From Thermodesulfobacteriota bacterium (GTDB taxonomy: Bacteria > Desulfobacterota > Desulfobacteria > Desulfobacterales > C00003060), in contig JAXHVD010000004.1 of the NCBI GenBank assembly GCA_034189385.1, positions 96,001 through 160,000 of the forward strand: a DNA stretch of 64,000 bases, written 5' to 3'. The translations under genes and the position numbers were made by a program. The notes beneath the pieces were generated by a model. The model saw only the letters and a list, made by a program, of their open reading frames with translations. It was not told the DNA's origin and searched no databases. Numbering within the stretch: position 1 is the stretch's first letter; every line of letters starts with the position of its first letter. Shown piece by piece: positions 49,126 through 59,257 of the stretch.

Positions 49126-49161
49126 AAGGAGGCTTTGCCCTTGTGTAAAGCCTCCTTTTTT
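49126..49161 (+). terminator. Rho-independent terminator after dsrC
   Basis: AAGGAGGCTTT...AAAGCCTCCTT followed by a T-run. Confidence 0.8.
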
Positions 49162-49174
49162 GTAGGAAGAAGAC

Positions 49175-49567
49175 GTGAACAGCATCCTTCAGGTCAAGAC
49201 TAGCTCTCAAACCGAACTCATAGACATCACGACAGACATAGAAAGAAGACTCCAGTCACAAGGTATTGACGAGGGGCTATGCTTTCTTTTTGTTCCCCAT
49301 ACCACGGCGGCTGTGACAATCAATGAGCATGCTGACCCAAGTGTCAGGTCAGATATTGTCATGGTTCTGAATAAGATTGTCCCTTGGAAGGAAGCCTACC
49401 GTCATCTGGAAGGGAATTCTCCGGCCCACATCAAGGCGAGCATCATAGGAGCTTCAGAGATCGTAGCAGTGGAGAAGGCGCGCTTGCAGTTGGGCACCTG
49501 GCAAGGAGTGTTTTTCTGCGAGTTCGATGGTCCTCGAACTAGGAAGATTCATGTCCGGTTGCTGTGA
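49175..49567 (+). CDS. YjbQ/UPF0047 family protein
   Basis: PHTTAAVTINE, HLEGNSPAHIK, LGTWQG..EFDGPR. Confidence 0.92.
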   Translation: MNSILQVKTSSQTELIDITTDIERRLQSQGIDEGLCFLFVPHTTAAVTINEHADPSVRSDIVMVLNKIVPWKEAYRHLEGNSPAHIKASIIGASEIVAVEKARLQLGTWQGVFFCEFDGPRTRKIHVRLL

Positions 49568-49722
49568 TGAGGAAGCGGGGGATTAATCGGGCCCTTGCGG
49601 GCCACCTATTGCTGGGCCACAACACGAGAAAATAGGGAACTTCAGGGGGATTACACCAAACGGGATGATTTAAGGACGCGATGAGGGGCCCTGGATAAGA
49701 AACGCCAGAAGGATGGATTTTC

Positions 49723-49750
49723 TTGACATAGAATATTTTAATGTGATAAT
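49723..49750 (+). promoter_or_regulatory. Putative sigma70 promoter of the second cold-shock gene (long 5' leader)
   Basis: TTGACA-16-GATAAT. Confidence 0.55.
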
Positions 49751-49928
49751 ATTGTTAAACGAGTTGGTTTTGTCTTCTTTCAGCCTCACACCTTCGGGTG
49801 AGGCGACAAAGGGTTTGGGATAGGAACATTGTGCAGTAGAATAAGATGCCATCAAGGGCCAGACACCTTGTTGGCTTTTTTTCTGTCAGAGCCATATCCC
49901 AGCAAAATAATGTCTTGAAAGGGGGGAT

Positions 49929-50135
49929 ATGGTCGTGGCAGAAGGTGTTGTGAAGTGGTTTAACGAAAAAAAGGGCTATGGCTTCATTAGCATGGACGAG
50001 GGTCAGGACGTCTTTGTTCACTATAGCTCTATTCTCGGCACAGGTTTCAGATCTTTGTATGAGGGCCAGCGCGTCCGATTTGAGGTCGAGCAAAGCGATA
50101 AGGGACCACAGGCGGTACAAGTCGAGACCATTTGA
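49929..50135 (+). CDS. Cold-shock protein
   Basis: VKWFNEKKGYGFI, DVFVHYS. Confidence 0.96.
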   Translation: MVVAEGVVKWFNEKKGYGFISMDEGQDVFVHYSSILGTGFRSLYEGQRVRFEVEQSDKGPQAVQVETI

Positions 50136-50406
50136 GGTAAGGGACACGGCCTTTTGCCTAGAATCCCAAGGGGTTGCCCTTTATGTCTGTCGCCCCTAAA
50201 AAGGAGTGCGCCTTCATTCTGGTCACCAGAAGAGTCGTCTGGTAGGTCGAAGAATTTTGAAAGGGACCCTGTCATCTTTGATGGCGGGGTTTCTTGATTT
50301 GTTGGCCCTGTCTTGTCTTGATGAATTGTAGAAAGGTTCTGCAAGGGACTTCGAGGGTTTTGGGAAAACCAGACGGGCTTCTTGAGAAACCGTCTCTTCT
50401 TCACGA

Positions 50407-50507
50407 TTGAACCCTCCCTGTGGCCTGCGAAGCACTGCCATCAGGCAGAACCTACGGGGGGCTGCGGTAGCTCTCCTGTGGAGAATGCGTTCGCTTATTC
50501 GGTTCAA
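50407..50507. repeat. ~100-bp dispersed repeat with TTGAACC/GGTTCAA termini, copy 1
   Basis: Near-identical to 62353-62452. Confidence 0.9.
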
Positions 50508-50551
50508 GAATCAGTCCCCCAAGGAAACATACCTTCGCCTCAGACAGTGGC

Positions 50552-51262
50552 ATGGCAAAAACCGATCACATGATACTGGGCAGTCCCAGAGAGCCTCGGA
50601 GCCACTGCATTCGGTGCGGCACCTGTTGCCTGAAAGGAGGGCCCGCCCTTCACAAGGAAGATACCGGCCTATTCAGGAAGGGTATTCTGAAAACGGACCA
50701 TCTCTACACCCTGAGAAGGGGTGAAATCGTACGAGACATCAATGACAAGCTAACGCCCCTTAAAGGGGAGATTATCAAGATCAAGGGAAAGGATGAGGGC
50801 TGCTGGACATGTATGTTTTACAACGACCAACAAAAGGCATGCAACATATACGAGGACAGACCTGTTGAATGCCGGGCTTTGAAATGCTGGGACCTAAGGG
50901 AGTTTAAGCAAGCCATGGCCTCGCCCCATCTGCAAAGAAGGCACCTTATCAACCCGCGCAATGGGATACTCAAAATCATAGGGGCCCATGAACAAAGGTG
51001 CTCCTATGAAACCTTGAAATCAGCTGTAAAAGAGCTGAGCGGACCGGATTCCCATAAGGCAGTAGAGATGATTCTTGACCTCTTGCATTACGACCAGTGC
51101 ATGAGGCCCTTATTGACAGAAAAGCTTAACCTGCATCCCCGTGCCATGGATTTTTTCTTTGGAAGACCCCTTAAGACTACCATCAAGATGTTTGGGCTTT
51201 CAGTCAGACAACAAGGCGATAGCTTTGTCCTCATGCCCGCCGAGTCCTGTCCCTCCAACTAA
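50552..51262 (+). CDS. YkgJ-family CxxCxxCC cysteine-cluster protein
   Basis: CIRCGTCC...CMFY...CNIYEDRPVECR. Confidence 0.88.
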   Translation: MAKTDHMILGSPREPRSHCIRCGTCCLKGGPALHKEDTGLFRKGILKTDHLYTLRRGEIVRDINDKLTPLKGEIIKIKGKDEGCWTCMFYNDQQKACNIYEDRPVECRALKCWDLREFKQAMASPHLQRRHLINPRNGILKIIGAHEQRCSYETLKSAVKELSGPDSHKAVEMILDLLHYDQCMRPLLTEKLNLHPRAMDFFFGRPLKTTIKMFGLSVRQQGDSFVLMPAESCPSN

Positions 51263-51310
51263 CGGACACTACAGACATTGCCAGCTTAGACCTTGGGCTG
51301 GAATACTTGC

Positions 51311-51838
51311 CTATAGTTTCCTGGATGAGGTCTCCCGTTTTTTCAAGATTTTTTTGAGCCGTCTCTTATAAAGCTCCCGTTTGAGTTTGCTGATGTGGTT
51401 GATGAATAGAATCCCATTTAGGTGATCGATCTCATGTTGTAGTACGATGGCAGGAAGTCCTTCCTTTCTGAGGAGGATCGGATTACCTTCTCTGTCCAAG
51501 CCACGGACGGTGATGCGTTTAGACCGCTTCACATCAGCGCTATAGTCAATAACGCTGAGGCACCCTTCCTCGCTTACCACACTCCCCTCTGCTTCAACGA
51601 TCTCTGGATTGATCACCACCATCAGGTCATTCTGTTGGTCCTTGCTCGAGGTATCAAACATGATAACCCGGATCGGTTCCCCGACCTGGTTGCTGGCGAG
51701 TCCGATGCCAGAGGCATGATACATCGTGTCAGACATGTCATCAATGAACTCTTGTATCTTGCCGTCAATATTGGTGACAGGCTCGGCCGGTTCAATGAGA
51801 ACCGTGTCAGGATAGGTAAGTATTCTTTTTACAGCCAT
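51311..51838 (-). CDS. def: Peptide deformylase
   Basis: GIGLASNQ, EGCLS, QHEIDHLNG. Confidence 0.97.
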   Translation of the reverse strand: MAVKRILTYPDTVLIEPAEPVTNIDGKIQEFIDDMSDTMYHASGIGLASNQVGEPIRVIMFDTSSKDQQNDLMVVINPEIVEAEGSVVSEEGCLSVIDYSADVKRSKRITVRGLDREGNPILLRKEGLPAIVLQHEIDHLNGILFINHISKLKRELYKRRLKKILKKRETSSRKL

Positions 51839-52024
51839 TTTCAGACGCCTTTCACTGCTATTACTTGGGCATGCAACTGCTTCAAAACATGTTACGCCGA
51901 ATGTGATCCGGCCTTCCGTTCCTTATGCAGACTGGCCGACCCCCTGATCATTGTCGGGGCCGACAACCGCTAAAAAATTACTGCCTATCTTTCAAGAAGT
52001 CAAACTTTCTGACCATGGCCACAT

Positions 52025-53449
52025 CTAAAGTCTATTCAGGAGTCTTTCGTGAATGTCATCAAATCCGCCGTTGGACATGACCACTATAATGTCACCAGGC
52101 GTGGCAACCTGAATGAGATGGTCTACCATGGTGTCGGTATCTGGGAGGTAATAGGCCTCTTTTCCACGGGCCATGAGTTCCTGGGCTAGCTGTTCCGACG
52201 AGAACCTATCCTGAACAGGGATCCTTTCCATTAGCGGTGGTTCTCGAACACAAACGAGATCAGCCACATCAAATGACTCAGCATATTGCTGTTGAAAGAC
52301 CTTTCGTCGGCTCGAGTTGGTCCGAGGCTCGAAAACAGCCACGATCCTTTGATCAGGGTAGAAAGAACGGGCAGCAGCAAGGGTTTCCCTGACCTCCGTG
52401 GGATGATGGGCGAAGTCATCTATGACCGTAATACCGCCTTTAGTGCCGCGGATTTCCTGGCGACGCTTGACGCCCTCAAAGGTCTCCAGTGAATAGCTGA
52501 TGACTTCTGCAGGGATGCGCAGGTCGTCGGCCACGGCGATGACGGCCAGGGCATTCAACAGATTGTGGCAACCCATAAGGGGCGTCTTGAAATCTCCGAA
52601 GGCTTCCCCTCGCCTTGTGGCACGGAAACAGGTCCAGGGCGGGTCAACGCGCACGTTCTTGATGCTCCAGACAGAGGTCTCATCAAAGCCGTACCCTGTG
52701 GCCCAGCAATGGGCTGACGCCATGAGTTCCCTCACCATGGGATCGTCTTGACAACCGACTAGGAGCGCATCCTTTGGCATGGCCTTTACAAAATCAGAGA
52801 AAGCCTGTTTCACCTGGGACAGGTCAGAGTAGATGTCAGCATGGTCAAACTCAATACTCGTAAGGATGGCCCGAGACGGCACGTAATGGTGAAACTTCGG
52901 CCCTTTGTCAAAAAAAGCTGTGTCATACTCGTCCCCTTCCACCACGAAGTACGAGCCGCCGCCCACATTGTAATTCCGGCCAAGGCTCTTCAAGATCCCC
53001 CCCACCATGAACCCGGGATCAAGGCCTGCCATTGCCAATACCCATGCTAGCAGCGCTGAGGTCGTGGTCTTTCCATGGGTTCCTGCAACGACCAGCGCCG
53101 CCTTACCGTGGACAAAGAACCGGTTCAAGGCCTGAGGAAGGGAACAATAGGGCAGGCCATGGTCCAGCATGGCCTCCACTTCCGGGTTGCCCCTTGAAAG
53201 GGCATTACCCACCACCACCAGATCGGGCCGACGAGAGAGGTTCTCCGGCTGAAACCCTTTGGTCACAGGGATATCCTGCTCCAAGAGAAAGGTGCTCATG
53301 GGAGGATAGACGTGATCATCTGAGCCCGTGACTACGATCCCGGCTTCCTTGAACATCCCTGCCAGGGCCCCCATGCCGGTGCCACAAATACCGATGATGT
53401 GGACATCCTTGATATTCCTGGGAATCCGGTTGTTCTCTAAGTATTTCAT
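52025..53449 (-). CDS. mpl: Murein peptide ligase Mpl
   Basis: GICGTGM, AGTHGKTTT, EGDEYDTAFFDK, DDFAHHPT, MSNGGF. Confidence 0.92.
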   Translation of the reverse strand: MKYLENNRIPRNIKDVHIIGICGTGMGALAGMFKEAGIVVTGSDDHVYPPMSTFLLEQDIPVTKGFQPENLSRRPDLVVVGNALSRGNPEVEAMLDHGLPYCSLPQALNRFFVHGKAALVVAGTHGKTTTSALLAWVLAMAGLDPGFMVGGILKSLGRNYNVGGGSYFVVEGDEYDTAFFDKGPKFHHYVPSRAILTSIEFDHADIYSDLSQVKQAFSDFVKAMPKDALLVGCQDDPMVRELMASAHCWATGYGFDETSVWSIKNVRVDPPWTCFRATRRGEAFGDFKTPLMGCHNLLNALAVIAVADDLRIPAEVISYSLETFEGVKRRQEIRGTKGGITVIDDFAHHPTEVRETLAAARSFYPDQRIVAVFEPRTNSSRRKVFQQQYAESFDVADLVCVREPPLMERIPVQDRFSSEQLAQELMARGKEAYYLPDTDTMVDHLIQVATPGDIIVVMSNGGFDDIHERLLNRL

Positions 53450-53906
53450 CTCATCAGCAACATCACAGGGAAGGTCCTATCTGTTGTTTCGCCCCCAGCG
53501 TCTCACGGACTGCTTTTTCTCTGATCCCAACAACAGAGCTCTTTTCCCTTTTCTTTGGCCCAAGAGTCTATGGCCTGGTCCCGCGCCTTTTTGTAACTAT
53601 TGTGACAGGTTGGACTACCTTATGCAGGATCGGCAAAAACGTCAACTCCTGAATTACCCTGGACCTTGCTGGAAGGCACCAAAAGGTGAAAAAGGGCCGA
53701 AAAGGCCTCAAGGGCACTGCCCCCCACCTTAAGACCAGGTCTCCATGTTCCGGACAAATCGCCCCGCCATCGGGGCGTTTTGCTCCGGTGGTCCGTCGCC
53801 CTATTCACGGGCCTTTCCGGCCCTTCCGGCCATGTCAACGTGATTTAAGCGCAAATACAAAGAGATATCCATCAGCAACCCCACTGCGGCCTCGGCTTTT
53901 CGCCTT

Positions 53907-53922
53907 TGGCATGGAGGTTGCT
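53907..53922 (+). promoter_or_regulatory. Putative sigma54 promoter of the acs operon
   Basis: TGGCATGGAGGTTGCT, GG-N10-GC spacing. Confidence 0.7.
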
Positions 53923-53985
53923 CTAACCCTCTGATAACGGGGGCAACTATGTGTCGGACACATAAGGGAAGGAAGGAGGAAATTG

Positions 53986-55938
53986 ATGCAACTTGAGGCA
54001 GCAGAGAAGAACATGGAAGGCCCTGATCCTGGCAAGGAGACTACAGAGGCCCTGTTGCCCGAGAACAGAGTATTTCGTCCCTTGCCCCAGCTGGTGGTTG
54101 ACGCGAACCTCAACCCAACCGATTACGAGGAGGCCGTGCAAAAAGGCCAATCCGATCCCGTTGGATTCTGGGAGGACGCAGCTCAAGAATTGGACTGGTA
54201 CAAGCCATGGGACACGGTGCTGGACCGCTCTGATGCCCCGTTTTTTAAGTGGTTTGTCGGCGCCAAGACGAATATCGCTTACAACGCGCTGGACCGTCAT
54301 ATTGTCAGCCACAGGAAAAACAAGGTAGCCATCATCTCTGAGAGCGAAAGCGGGGCCCGGGAACGCATGACATACTACGACCTTTACCGGGCTACCAACA
54401 GATTCGCCAACGTCCTCAAGTCGCTGGGCATTCAGAAAGGCGATAGGGTGGCCGTATATCTTCCCAACATTCCTGAAATCGCCATTGTCATGCTCGGATG
54501 CGCCAAGATCGGTGCCATCCACAGCGTGGTCTACGCCGGTTTCAGCGCGGCGGCCCTCAGAGAGCGTATAAACCATGCCGAGGCCAGGTTGGTGGTGACA
54601 GTAGACGGCTTCCACCGCAATGGCAAGGCCATCAAGCTGAAAGAGGTCGTGGATGAGGCCATGACCGCATGCCCCACCGTGGAGACGGTGATCGTAGTGC
54701 AGAGAGCGGGCGTGGAGATCGACATGAGTGATGGCCGATACCTTTGGTACCACGACTTGATGGAAGGCGAGCCTACTGAGTTTAAGACCTTGGAGATGGA
54801 TGCCATGGATCCCTTATATATCCTTTACACATCAGGGACAACGGGCAAACCCAAGGGGGTCGTCCATTGCCATGGCGGTTACATGGTGGGCATTAATCGA
54901 ACCCTGAAGTGGGTTTTTGATATTAAGGAGACGGATATCTTCTGGTGTGCGGCCGATCCGGGATGGGTGACGGGGCATAGCTACATCGTGTATGGCCCGC
55001 TCATCGTGGGGGCCACCACTGTCATGTATGAGGGGCATCCCCTCTTTCCAGGGCCTGATCGGATGTGGCAAATTATCCAGAAATACGGGATTAACATATT
55101 GTATACGGCGCCCACGACGATCAGGATGCTTATGCGATTTGGCGCCCAGCATCCCCAGAGGCATGATCTTTCCTCGCTCCGCCTCCTTGGAACGGTGGGC
55201 GAGCCTATCAATCCGGAGGCCTGGGTCTGGTATCACAAGAATGTAGGAAACGAGAATTGCCCCATCATGGACACCTGGTGGCAGACAGAGACCGGGATGT
55301 TCATGGTGGCCCCCACCCCATGTAACGTGTTGAAGCCTGGATCGGCCTTCAAGCCCTTTCCAGGCGTCCATGTAGACGTGGTGGATGCCCATGGAGAGCC
55401 GGTTGAACCTGGAAAGGGTGGATATGTGGTGGTCAAGGAACCCTGGCCTGCCATGCTGAACACCCTCTACAAGGATTCCGACAAATACAAAGAGATTTAC
55501 TGGAGCAAGATTCCAGGGGTCTACTTGGCGGGAGACATTGCCACAAAGGACGAGGAAGGCTATTTCCGCTTCCAAGGCCGGTCTGATGACGTGCTCAACA
55601 CGGCAGGTCACCGGATCGGGACTGCTGAGGTGGAAAGCGCGATTGTTAGCCACAAGTACGTGGCCGAGGCGGCCTGCATCGGTGTCCCCGACAAGGTAAA
55701 GGGAGAAGTGGCCAAACTCTTTGTGATCTTAAAGGAGGGTGTAGAAGAGGATGACGCTACGCTAGTAAAGGACCTCAAGGGCCATGTTCGAAAGGAGTTA
55801 GGCCCCATTGTCATTATCAAGGAAATCGCCTTTCAGGATAAGCTTCCCAAGACAAGGAGCGGCAAGATCATGCGCAGGGTCTTGAAGGCGAGGGAATTGG
55901 GATTGAAGGAAGGCGATCTTTCCACCCTTGAAGATTAG
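53986..55938 (+). CDS. acs: Acetyl-CoA synthetase (AMP-forming), paralogue 1
   Basis: YTSGTTGKPKG, DTWWQTETG, PKTRSGKIMRR. Confidence 0.93.
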   Translation: MQLEAAEKNMEGPDPGKETTEALLPENRVFRPLPQLVVDANLNPTDYEEAVQKGQSDPVGFWEDAAQELDWYKPWDTVLDRSDAPFFKWFVGAKTNIAYNALDRHIVSHRKNKVAIISESESGARERMTYYDLYRATNRFANVLKSLGIQKGDRVAVYLPNIPEIAIVMLGCAKIGAIHSVVYAGFSAAALRERINHAEARLVVTVDGFHRNGKAIKLKEVVDEAMTACPTVETVIVVQRAGVEIDMSDGRYLWYHDLMEGEPTEFKTLEMDAMDPLYILYTSGTTGKPKGVVHCHGGYMVGINRTLKWVFDIKETDIFWCAADPGWVTGHSYIVYGPLIVGATTVMYEGHPLFPGPDRMWQIIQKYGINILYTAPTTIRMLMRFGAQHPQRHDLSSLRLLGTVGEPINPEAWVWYHKNVGNENCPIMDTWWQTETGMFMVAPTPCNVLKPGSAFKPFPGVHVDVVDAHGEPVEPGKGGYVVVKEPWPAMLNTLYKDSDKYKEIYWSKIPGVYLAGDIATKDEEGYFRFQGRSDDVLNTAGHRIGTAEVESAIVSHKYVAEAACIGVPDKVKGEVAKLFVILKEGVEEDDATLVKDLKGHVRKELGPIVIIKEIAFQDKLPKTRSGKIMRRVLKARELGLKEGDLSTLED

Positions 55939-55962
55939 TTGGATAAAGAACAATTACTATTT

Positions 55963-56063
55963 TTGATGGCAAAGGAAGATGGTCCAAATGGAAAGGGCGC
56001 TGCTGTTTTCAAGCCAAAGGACGCAACCGTAGCGCCAACTTGGACTTTTTGCTAAGCCATCAA
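55963..56063. repeat. ~100-bp MITE-like element
   Basis: Inverted ends TTGATGGC...GTCCAA / TTGGAC...GCCATCAA. Confidence 0.55.
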
Positions 56064-56080
56064 GGAAAAGGAGGAGATCT

Positions 56081-58024
56081 ATGGAAGCAAGTGTGTGGTG
56101 GTTATTCATCTTTGTTTTGGCCTACTGGGCCTACTGTATCACCTGGGGGATTAAGGGGTACATAGCGTCAAAGACGGCATCAGACTATTTTATTGCCGGC
56201 CGCGCCATCCCTACGTGGGTGTATGTGCTTGCAGCCACGGCAACGTCCTTTTCGGGATGGACCTTCATGGGGCATCCTGGACTCTTGTATCGTGATGGCT
56301 TTCAATATGCCTACGCATCATTTTATGCTATCACGATCCCCTTTACAGGGGTTATGTTCCTGAAAAGGCAGTGGATGCTGGGAAAACGCTTCGGATATGT
56401 GACGCCGGGTGAAATGTATTCAGATTACTTCAAATCTGATGCGATTAGGATTCTTACAGTCGTTGTGGCCCTCTTCTTTTCCATTCCCTATCTTGGCGTA
56501 CAGCTCCGGGCCTCCGGGTTCTTGTTCAACGTTCTAACAAACGGCATGTTTTCCGTCGAGGTCGGCATGTGGCTACTGTCCATCGTGGTTTTTATTTATG
56601 TGGCTTCCGGTGGACTGAGGGCCGTTGCATATGTGGACACGGTGCAGTGCCTGTTGCTGGCAGGCGGTATTACCGCTATCGGTATCATCGGTATTACCTT
56701 TGCAGGAGGCTGGTCGGCATTGAACCAAGGCATTGCCCACCTGGCGAGCGTTGACACAAAATTGACAGCTGACGGTTACAGTCACTACATCGCCATCCCA
56801 GGTGTCATTCAGTTTGTCAGTTCCGGCCCTAAAGCCATGGGCGGCGCCTGGACAGGCATTATGATCCTTTCTTATGCCTTCGCACTCATGGGCATTCAGT
56901 CCTCGCCGGCTTTCTCCATGTGGTCCTTTGCCAACAAGAATCCCAAACCTTTTGCTCCGCAGCAGGTATGGGCTTCTTCATTTGGTATCGGCGGCATCCT
57001 GATCTTTTTTACGGCCATGCAAGCCTTCTCAGGGCACCTCATCGGTGCGGATACGAAAATGCTGGAAGCAGGATTTGGAAAGGACATCATGAACCTTGGG
57101 AAAGACCTCATGGAAATGCCAGGGAAGCAAGGAATGATTGTACCGGCACTGATCAATCTCATGCAAAGTACTGCGCCATGGTTGGTCGGGCTCCTTGCTG
57201 TTTGTGCTTTGGCAGCCATGCAATCTACGGGCGCTGCGTACATGTCCACAGCAGGCGGTATGCTGACGCGAGATCTTTACAAACGCTTTCTGTTTCCAGG
57301 GGCTACCCACAAGACACAGAAACTCTTTGGAAGAATCGGTGTTTTTATCATCGTTTTTTCCGCTTTGATTGTTGCCACCACGTCTTCCGACGCCCTTGTG
57401 CTTTTGGGTGGACTGGCTGTTGCCTATGGTTTCCAGATGTGGCCCGCATTGATCGCCATCTGTTACTGGCCTATGCTCAATCGAAAGGGCATCACATGGG
57501 GACTGATCGCCGGCATCATTGCTGTCACCTGTACGGAAACCATTGGAACAACATGGTTTGGAATCACCGCTTGGGGCCGCTGGCCATGGACTATTCATTC
57601 CGCTGGCTGGGGGATCATCTTCAATTTCTCTATTGCAGTGATCGTCTCTGCCTTGACGCAGAATGCTGAAGCCCGTGCCCACAGGGAAACATTCCATGCC
57701 TTCCTCAAGGAACATGCTGGACTGTCCAGGGACAAGAAACACCTGGTACCCTTTGCATGGATCTTCGTAGTGGTTTGGTTCTTCTTTGCGCAAGGACCTG
57801 GGGCTGTTGTTGGAAACACCATCTTCGGAAACCCCACTGATTCATCAACCTGGGCGCTGGGCATGCCTTCTATCTGGCTATGGCAGATCATCTGGTGGGC
57901 CCTTGGTGTGCTGATGATGTGGTTTCTCGCATATAAGCTGAACATGTCCACGATTCCTGAAAAAGAAATTGAAGTTCTTATCGAAGACATCGGTGATATC
58001 GCCGTGGCTCCGGCCAAGGCTTGA
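56081..58024 (+). CDS. Sodium:solute symporter family permease (probably a short-chain carboxylate transporter)
   Basis: DYFIAGR, SFSGWTFMG, GGLRAVAYVD, AAMQST; many transmembrane helices; context between acs genes. Confidence 0.9.
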   Translation: MEASVWWLFIFVLAYWAYCITWGIKGYIASKTASDYFIAGRAIPTWVYVLAATATSFSGWTFMGHPGLLYRDGFQYAYASFYAITIPFTGVMFLKRQWMLGKRFGYVTPGEMYSDYFKSDAIRILTVVVALFFSIPYLGVQLRASGFLFNVLTNGMFSVEVGMWLLSIVVFIYVASGGLRAVAYVDTVQCLLLAGGITAIGIIGITFAGGWSALNQGIAHLASVDTKLTADGYSHYIAIPGVIQFVSSGPKAMGGAWTGIMILSYAFALMGIQSSPAFSMWSFANKNPKPFAPQQVWASSFGIGGILIFFTAMQAFSGHLIGADTKMLEAGFGKDIMNLGKDLMEMPGKQGMIVPALINLMQSTAPWLVGLLAVCALAAMQSTGAAYMSTAGGMLTRDLYKRFLFPGATHKTQKLFGRIGVFIIVFSALIVATTSSDALVLLGGLAVAYGFQMWPALIAICYWPMLNRKGITWGLIAGIIAVTCTETIGTTWFGITAWGRWPWTIHSAGWGIIFNFSIAVIVSALTQNAEARAHRETFHAFLKEHAGLSRDKKHLVPFAWIFVVVWFFFAQGPGAVVGNTIFGNPTDSSTWALGMPSIWLWQIIWWALGVLMMWFLAYKLNMSTIPEKEIEVLIEDIGDIAVAPAKA

Positions 58025-58135
58025 TAGGGATAAACCATCATCAAGAAATCGGGCTCGATAAATCGGGGGGGTATATCCCCCCCTTTCCTTGTTTTTTCGC
58101 CCCCTAAGCGGTGTTAAAGGAAGGGATTCTGGGGC

Positions 58136-58375
58136 ATGGATGGAATGAGGATTTGGTACTGGATTTCATCAATTGGGCTTGCCGCTCTTCTCTTTCGACC
58201 TGCCAAAAAGATGATATTTACACAAAGAGTGAGAAAGACCGAACGAAAGCTTGATCGGCAGTTGACTGAAGACGAGAGACGAGACCTGGAAAGAAGAACG
58301 ATCCCTATAACCGTATTCATTGTCGTAACCTTTTCCTTCTTATTCAACAGCGTTATTATGAATAAGTATTTTTGA
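58136..58375 (+). CDS. Small two-TM membrane protein
   Basis: Two hydrophobic segments around a basic loop. Confidence 0.65.
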   Translation: MDGMRIWYWISSIGLAALLFRPAKKMIFTQRVRKTERKLDRQLTEDERRDLERRTIPITVFIVVTFSFLFNSVIMNKYF

Positions 58376-58488
58376 TACAATTGGGAAGTCGTTCTCTCCA
58401 TCCCGGTTGCATTGGAACCTCAGCTGGCACATGCAAAACCGGACAGGCAAAAGAGGGGGCCTTCGCCGAGCCCTGGCATTTAAACACC

Positions 58489-59058
58489 ATGAATAAGAAT
58501 ACACTTGTTGTAATCATCACGCTATCCATACTGGGTGTTGTCGGTTTCTACTATTATAAATACACGGTTATGGAACGCACCCCAGGAGAAAACCGATACA
58601 GGCTCGGAAATAAATATCTTGAAGACGGCGATTATGATAAAGCGCTTCAGACATTCAATGAACTATTACCGGAGAATGTTGAATATAAGGAAGCTCATCT
58701 CGCCAAAGCCATTACCCTTCTGCAAATGGGGCGGCTGGACGAATCCAGGAACTCTTTTGACAGCGCCATCGGATTGGACAGCGATTATGCCCAGGCTTAT
58801 GCCAACCGCGGGATTCTGAATGACAGGGCCGGACAGTATGAGGCCGCACTGGCCGATTACAGAAAAGCCCTCGCACTTGACCCCGAATTGGCCGAGGGCC
58901 CTGGATGGCTTTGGAGGTTTCTCCGAAATATTCCAGACCCTCCCCCAACGATTGCCGACAGAGCAGACTATCTGGAAGAGCAGTTAAAGAAGCCCGAAAG
59001 TGAGCGACTTCTTCGGGTGCCGGAATTAGATTCAAAACAAAGGATGTATAAAAAATAA
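58489..59058 (+). CDS. Membrane-anchored TPR protein
   Basis: N-terminal TM helix; AQAYANRGI...ALADYRKALALDP. Confidence 0.85.
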   Translation: MNKNTLVVIITLSILGVVGFYYYKYTVMERTPGENRYRLGNKYLEDGDYDKALQTFNELLPENVEYKEAHLAKAITLLQMGRLDESRNSFDSAIGLDSDYAQAYANRGILNDRAGQYEAALADYRKALALDPELAEGPGWLWRFLRNIPDPPPTIADRADYLEEQLKKPESERLLRVPELDSKQRMYKK

Positions 59059-59257
59059 AAGGCGAAGGCATGGAGACAAGTTGGGACAGGGTATTTGGAA
59101 ATACAACTATCAGTGCCATATACGGCAGTACAAAGAATATGAAATATTCTTGGAACGTTGCAAACTGCATGCGTCGTAAGAAGATATCCACTTTCTAAGG
59201 ATGCAGATCCTATTTCCAACAGTGGTTTGATTTAGAAGATATTGAAAGGAGGTCTCT

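Noticed and set aside
53947..57793. Long antisense or alternative-frame ORFs (250-270 aa) over acs and the permease
   Set aside because: Shadow ORFs of well-conserved genes, with no motifs of their own.
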